Below are positions 58,688 through 64,000 of a stretch of 64,000 nucleotides of DNA, in pieces. A program made the position numbers and the translations under genes. This DNA is from Acidobacteriota bacterium. Lineage in GTDB: Bacteria; Acidobacteriota; UBA6911; RPQK01; JAJDTT01. Position 1 is the first letter of the stretch. The number at the start of each line of letters is the position of its first letter. A model generated the notes under the pieces. That model ran no database searches. It was given only the letters and a program-made list of their open reading frames with translations, and was not told where the DNA came from. The DNA is taken from contig CBDCJH010000002.1 in NCBI GenBank assembly GCA_965217775.1, forward strand, positions 192,001 to 256,000, given 5' to 3'.

Positions 58688-59740
58688 TCAGGGCAGGGGA
58701 AGGTGGACACGCCGTCCTTCGGTCCAACTGATGTGGGCTGCGTGGCTCAGTTCCATGTAGCGAACTCCGGTCTCGAAATCGAGGTACCGGACTCGCTCCC
58801 GGCCCCTCACCGCGTTGATGAATTCCTCTTCGGCTCTCCAGCCTCCGACGATCTTCGGATCCAAGGGCATTTCGGCGTAGCTGCCGCTCCGGCTCTCGCT
58901 CCACCAGAGGGTGTCCGAAAGAGCCTCGTACTTGAGTGTGCCCCGGTCGCCGTGAACGAGTAGAGTGGACTCGGGGACGTTGCCGGTGACGGCGCTGCAC
59001 AGAATGTTCCCCACGGCTCCGTTTTCGAACTCGGCCAGGACGGCGATGTGGTCCGGAAGCCGGACCTGCACCGTCTCCCCTGTCTCCGGGTCCTCCTTGG
59101 AGTCGACGACGATGCGGGCCGACGCATCCAACCAGGAGACCGGACCCGCCCAGAGCAGCAGCGTTTCCCACCACTGTCCCAGAGACACATAGTTGTATCC
59201 GGCCAGCTCCAGGCGCTGTCTCCATGTTATGGGGGCGGAGGGGTCGGTCAGGTCGGAGAAGACGTCTCGGACCTCGACGGAGAGCATTCTCCCCAGCCCG
59301 CCGGAGCCGAGGAACTCCCGCACGGGCCGGTGGTAGGGCAGGCCGAGGGGAGTGGGAACCACTTGGGTCACCAGGTTGGGATGCTCACGGGAAGCTTGGA
59401 GCATCGCCCGGGCCTCGCCCAGGTTCATTGCCATGCGGGCCTCGCAGAGGACATGCTTTCCCGCCTCCAATGCGGCACAGGTGACCTCCCGGTGCAGGTA
59501 GGGCCAAGTGCCGATGCAGACGGCATCCACCTCCGGGTCCCGGACGACATCCTGCCACGATCCGGACACTCTGGAGATCCCGAATTCTTGGGCCACCCGC
59601 CCGGAAGATTCCAGGCTCCGATTGGCCACCGTCACGATTTCCACGCCGGGGCAGGCCTGGAACCCGGGGATGTGTTTCCTGCGTGTGTTGGCGCCGGCGC
59701 CGACGAGGCCGACTCGAATGACGGAGTTCTCGTTGCTCAT
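58688..59740 (-). CDS. Gfo/Idh/MocA oxidoreductase
   Basis: VGLVGAG, DAVCIGTWPYLH, GKHVLCEARMA. Confidence 0.9.
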   Translation of the reverse strand: MSNENSVIRVGLVGAGANTRRKHIPGFQACPGVEIVTVANRSLESSGRVAQEFGISRVSGSWQDVVRDPEVDAVCIGTWPYLHREVTCAALEAGKHVLCEARMAMNLGEARAMLQASREHPNLVTQVVPTPLGLPYHRPVREFLGSGGLGRMLSVEVRDVFSDLTDPSAPITWRQRLELAGYNYVSLGQWWETLLLWAGPVSWLDASARIVVDSKEDPETGETVQVRLPDHIAVLAEFENGAVGNILCSAVTGNVPESTLLVHGDRGTLKYEALSDTLWWSESRSGSYAEMPLDPKIVGGWRAEEEFINAVRGRERVRYLDFETGVRYMELSHAAHISWTEGRRVHLPLP

Positions 59741-59924
59741 GATTTTGATCTCTTCTCCAGGAACAATCCGGTTGATATTCCGACGACGTTTGAGGCCACC
59801 TATTCTCTCAGAGGAGAAGATTCTTATGGAAGTGTGAGGGTCTGTCTTGCCGTGGCATTCCGGGGCCGTTACCGTGGGAATCGTCGTGAGCGGATTCGAG
59901 AGTCTGAGACGGAGTGTGAACCGG

Positions 59925-61103
59925 ATGGCCTGGCTCACCGTCCTGCTTTGTCCGCTTGCCGGCTGCTCCGGGGACGGGCAGGAGCTTCCTTCAGGCGCCA
60001 GAGTTCGCGTGCCCTCGGGAATTCCCCAAGGCTGGTCCTCCCCGGTGGCGGCGACCTTCGAGGGTCCGGTTCCTCGGGGACGTGTCTTTACCGTAATGGC
60101 GACAAACCCAAATGGCACCCTGGCTCAGTTGGATCCCGAAACCGGGATTCTGTGGCTGATGGGCGATCCGCCGGCAGCCGGAGTTCACTCGGTGAAGCCG
60201 GGTCCGGGAGAGGTTGAACCGGCCTTCCGGGTGGTCTCAGATGACCAGGGTTACCTGGTCACTGAGGGAGCACGCCCAATTCTTTTCTACCAATCGGCAC
60301 CCCGGTCGCTGGACGGGCAGTACACGCGAGCCGGTTATGTTCATCCCCTGTACGGCCTCGATGGACGGATGCTGACCGACGATTTCCCAGAGGACCATCT
60401 TCATCACCGGGGAATCTTCTGGGCCTGGCACCAACTCTGGGTCGGAGACGAACGGGCCGGCGACCCATGGCTGACGAAGGACTTCCTGACCGAGGTGGAG
60501 AACGTCCGAGTCCTCGACGGACCGCTGTTCTCCGTTCTGGAGGCGTCCGCACGCTGGACCTCTCCGCTGCAGAAGGACGACACCGGGGAATTGGTGCCGC
60601 TGGTCCGGGAGCGGGTCCGGATCCAGGTTTTTCGATCCACTCCAGACTCTCAAGTTATCGACTTCCAGATCCGGCTTCGAGCCCTGGTGGATGGAATCCG
60701 GATCGGCGGTTCGGAAAATCCACGGGGATATTCCGGCTTTACGGTCCGGGTCCAGGCCTCCTCGGACGGCCACATCCATGACCTGTCGGGAATCCAGAAA
60801 GAGGACCGGGTCGGCGAGTCCAGCCCCTGGGCCGACTACAGCGGGTCGTTCGGGCTGGGCGGCATGATTTCGGGCGTCGGCATGCTGACCCATCCCAGCT
60901 ATCCCGAGTTCCCGCCAAGGTGGCTCCTGCGCCACTACGGAATGCAGAACGTCGCCTTTCCCGGCCGTCACCCCGTGGATCTTCCCCGGGGCCAGCCCCT
61001 TGATCTGCGCCACCGCCTCGTCATTCACCGGGGAGGATTCGAAGAGGCTGAGATCGCTCAACACCAGAAGATCTACGAAATGGTCCCGGCCCGGAGCTTC
61101 TGA
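59925..61103 (+). CDS. DUF6807 / PmoA-like-domain lipoprotein (putative carbohydrate-related)
   Basis: Lipobox LAGC; YVHPLYGLDG.MLT.DFPEDHLHHRGIFWAW; GYSGF.VR. Confidence 0.72.
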   Translation: MAWLTVLLCPLAGCSGDGQELPSGARVRVPSGIPQGWSSPVAATFEGPVPRGRVFTVMATNPNGTLAQLDPETGILWLMGDPPAAGVHSVKPGPGEVEPAFRVVSDDQGYLVTEGARPILFYQSAPRSLDGQYTRAGYVHPLYGLDGRMLTDDFPEDHLHHRGIFWAWHQLWVGDERAGDPWLTKDFLTEVENVRVLDGPLFSVLEASARWTSPLQKDDTGELVPLVRERVRIQVFRSTPDSQVIDFQIRLRALVDGIRIGGSENPRGYSGFTVRVQASSDGHIHDLSGIQKEDRVGESSPWADYSGSFGLGGMISGVGMLTHPSYPEFPPRWLLRHYGMQNVAFPGRHPVDLPRGQPLDLRHRLVIHRGGFEEAEIAQHQKIYEMVPARSF

Positions 61104-61231
61104 AATCCGGAGACGGGGAATGGGCCTGGTGGTAACAGATAAGGGAAGGCAAATCTCAAAGCGGAGAGCACTGAGGTGGACGCACCGGTCCGGCGCCTTG
61201 GTGACACTCGTCGTTGGCTCATAGACAGTCC

Positions 61232-62528
61232 ATGTTGACCAAGCTGACCATACGCAACTTCAAGCGGTTTGAGGAAGTCGAGATCGAACTCGGGAATCCG
61301 GTTGTTTTCATCGGTCCCAACAATTCCGGGAAGACATCGGCCATACAGGCTCTCGCCCTCTGGGATATCGGGCTCAGGCGCTGGATCGAAAAGCGATCCG
61401 GCAAGAGAACCCCCGAGAAGCGTCCTGGTGTAACCGTCAACCGCAGGGACCTGGTTGCGATTCCGGTTCCGGAGGCAAACCTTCTTTGGCGCGGTCTGCG
61501 CGTGCGAGACGTACGCAAGGAGGAGGGCCGACAGCGCACCAGCAACATCCGTATTGATCTGATAGTCGAAGGGGTGGCCAACGACCGGCACTGGGTCTGC
61601 GGACTGGAGTTCGACTATGCGAATGAAGAATCCCTCTATTGTCGGCCCCTTCGTTTGTCCGAAGGCAAGTCCCCCGACCGAATGCCGGTGCCGGACGAAG
61701 CGGGAAGCGCCCGGATCGCGTTTCTGCCACCGATGTCGGGTTTGGCGGCCACGGAAACACGTCTGGATTACGGTGCCGTCAGTGTGCGTATAGGGGAGGG
61801 ACGTACCGCCGAAGTATTGCGCAATCTCTGTTTTCGGATCCACGAAGAACGGCCGTTACGGTGGACCAGGCTGGTAGAGCAGATCGAAAATTTGTTCGGG
61901 TCCGAGTTGCATCCGCCACGCTATATTCCCGAGCGTGGCGAGATCGTGATGACCTATGGAGAACGGGGGGTCAAGCTTGACCTTTCCTCAGCCGGGAGGG
62001 GTCTCCAACAGACGCTTCTTCTCTTGGCGTACATGTACGCGAATCCTGGTGCAGTTCTGCTCCTGGACGAGCCTGATGCACACTTGGAGATCCTGCGCCA
62101 GCGTCAGATCTACCGACTGCTCACCGATGTGGCCAACCAGAGCGGCAGTCAAATTATCGCCGCCAGTCATTCCGAGGTCCTGCTCAACGAGGCGGCGGGT
62201 CGGGACGTGGTCATAGCGTTCGTCGGCCCGCCTCACCGCATTGACGACCACCACAGTCAGGTGTTGAAAGCGCTCAAAGAGATTGGGTTCGAGCAGTACT
62301 ATCAAGCGGAACAGACCGGTTGGGTGCTCTACCTTGAAGGATCGACGGACCTGTCGATGTTGCAAGCATCTGAACCTGCCGAATCTGATGCCCAAGAGGA
62401 ACTTCTACCAGTTGGTGGAACACATCCCCGATTCCGAGATCGACTCGGAGATTGGCGCAAAGCTGGATGCCATGGCGTCCGTGGCAGTCGCGGCGACCGC
62501 GACAGATCCGGAAGTTCCAAGCCGATAA
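61232..62528 (+). pseudogene. OLD-family/AAA_15 ABC-type ATPase with truncated Toprim domain (probable internal deletion and frameshift near 62365)
   Basis: IRNFK, Walker A GPNNSGKT, signature SSAGRG, Walker B LLLDEPDAHL, SHS; Toprim start YLEGSTD then an abrupt switch, with a protein-like tail in another frame to 62528. Confidence 0.72.
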
Positions 62529-62710
62529 GACGATGCGGCTATAAGCGGGACCGGATCATTCAGGCCAAGGGCGGCTTGACAGGGCTTCTTCCGCAACGGC
62601 GCATGAAGGCTTCCAGCCTTTTCCTGTCCCTCAGCCGGCGCACTCGGCCGCTCTCTCGAAACTCGTCAGACGCCGTACCCAGGCATTGAAGCGGGAACAG
62701 ATGGCCATAC

Positions 62711-62868
62711 CAGCCCGTGGCAAAAGTCGTCACGGCATTCGACCGTCCCTGCATCCCGGCGGACTGCGTTGCTATCGGCTCACATACTCCCGGTATGCAC
62801 CCGAATCGCGCCTTGTCCGGCGGGCGCAGGAACGGTCTCGGTGCTCGCGCGACTTTCACCACGGACTG
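62711..62868 (+). mobile_element. MITE family 1, copy 5
   Basis: 158 bp, exact ATAC/ATAC duplication. Confidence 0.92.
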
Positions 62869-62978
62869 ATACAACGTCATTTTATGTCCATTTGAGTAAG
62901 CACTGAGATCAAGTCAGTGGTCTTCACCATAATTCCTCCATCGAAGTGGTGTGCAGAGTTGAGAGGAAGGGCGTTCCC

Positions 62979-64000
62979 GTGACTGGAAATCTTCAGCAAT
63001 TTGAGCACCTGCGGCAATGGAGTCGAGTGGCGTTCCGTCCGGACATCGCTACGAATGGTCAGCCGCGAGGGGGAGCAGGCCTGCGTGACCGCATTCGGTT
63101 GCACGGCAGCGTCCTCGCCGACATTCAAGGCCGTCCGGCGATCAGTAAGCGGCTCGCAATCGCTGTCCAACAACTCGCCGCCTTGGGTCGAACCACCATC
63201 GTCAAGGGTTGCGGCGACGCGGCGAACCGGGGGTGGCGCCGGACCCCGCTTGGTGGTCAGGGCGGAATGCACTACTACCTCTGGTGGACACCGCAGGGTA
63301 GCCCGCAATCGAAGGGAATCGATGGCTTGGCGAGAGGCGCGATCCTCTTGCGAACGGTACGCCACCATGACCAACACAGGGTCTTGAAAGCGGGCAACCT
63401 TGACGAGTATTTCGAACTGTCGGCGGGTGAACTCGCGGGAGATTCCAACGGGACGTTCGAGAGTCCCTGGACCGAGGCGCAGCGAGAGTTCATGCAGAAC
63501 GAGGAGCCCGTGAGAGTGGTCCACGGCTACCCCGGGTCGGGTAAGACGATGGCCTTGTGGAAGGCCGTCGAATCGCGCGGGGGCAAGACACTCTACCTCA
63601 CCTGGTCGAGTGCATTGATCGATGACACTCGATCTCGTTTTTCGGCGTTCTCGTCGCCCGCATCGCAAGTGGATGCCCGAGAGTTCCGGGTCTTCATCGG
63701 CAGTCTGTGCGGAACCGACATTTCAAGGCTCACCCTGGCCTCGAGCCGCGAGGAATTCAGCAATGCCTTCGCCTGGTGGAAACTGAGGGACCACCTCGGT
63801 CCCTGGCACGATAATCTGAACGCGCTCCACGCCGAGCTGCGAGCGGTCCTGTTCGGACGCGCCGTACCCGGTCTCATGGAATGCGCCGACGACGGCAGGC
63901 GCCTGTCCGACGAGCAGTACCTGGCGAACAGCCAGGTCGGACGCGAGGCCGCCCGGGCACTGCTGGCGATCATCAGCCGATCTCGGTGGCGGGAATGGTA
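62979..64000 (+). CDS. SF1 (UvrD/Rep-like) helicase/NTPase with uncharacterised N-terminal domain; partial, runs off the window
   Basis: Hand translation: 340 codons open from GTG after GAGAGGAAGG; Q motif WTEAQREF, Walker A VVHGYPGSGKT, motif Ia LYLTWSSAL; absent from the ORF track because it has no stop in the window. Confidence 0.8.
   Translation, partial: MTGNLQQFEHLRQWSRVAFRPDIATNGQPRGGAGLRDRIRLHGSVLADIQGRPAISKRLAIAVQQLAALGRTTIVKGCGDAANRGWRRTPLGGQGGMHYYLWWTPQGSPQSKGIDGLARGAILLRTVRHHDQHRVLKAGNLDEYFELSAGELAGDSNGTFESPWTEAQREFMQNEEPVRVVHGYPGSGKTMALWKAVESRGGKTLYLTWSSALIDDTRSRFSAFSSPASQVDAREFRVFIGSLCGTDISRLTLASSREEFSNAFAWWKLRDHLGPWHDNLNALHAELRAVLFGRAVPGLMECADDGRRLSDEQYLANSQVGREAARALLAIISRSRWREW

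Noticed and set aside
59925-61103. Methane monooxygenase interpretation of the PmoA-like domain
   Set aside because: Soluble lipoprotein without pmoCAB context; the family name does not imply methane oxidation
62560-62706. Minus-strand reading SDEFRESGRVRRLRDRKRLEAFMRRC as a remnant gene cut by the MITE
   Set aside because: No recognisable family motif and no convincing start; cannot be supported without a search
1-64000. CRISPR array, tRNA, rRNA, riboswitch, integrase or transposase
   Set aside because: No regularly spaced repeat-spacer units, cloverleaf or recombinase/transposase motifs seen by eye; a covariance-model scan could still find small RNAs

Overview
GC-rich bacterial chromosomal window; HU sequence and gene content suggest Acidobacteriota (inference). 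1-21 kb is a mostly + strand housekeeping block: hup, dcd, leuS-lptE-holA-rpsT, phoH, ddl, psd-pssA, mgtE-recO-glyQS, ino1, ppdK. It is followed by a radical SAM/SPASM gene with two GT-C-type membrane glycosyltransferases, then a mosaic of catabolic genes (DUF1080, Gfo/Idh/MocA, amidohydrolase, CocE, BNR/propeller proteins, CE15 esterase, two tandem sulfatases, msrP, HOT) around a large-form purL. No rRNA, tRNA, CRISPR array or transposase was seen. Intergenic DNA carries several repeat families: (1) five full ~158-bp rod-hairpin MITEs with 4-bp target duplications; (2) two ~242-bp TA-flanked MITEs plus decayed pieces; (3) GTAG-type REPs; (4) GAGGAGT heptamer tracts. Hidden relics include a 15-codon vapC stub behind an intact Phd antitoxin, an msrP fragment marking the sulfatase duplication, and an OLD-type ATPase-Toprim gene that appears internally deleted. 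At the right edge an ORF missing from the ORF track (62979 to beyond the end) encodes an SF1 (UvrD/Rep-like) helicase with a possible RelE-like N-terminal domain. Together with the OLD gene it is the best candidate for an undescribed Gabija-like defence locus. Product calls rest on motif recognition by eye; no searches were run.
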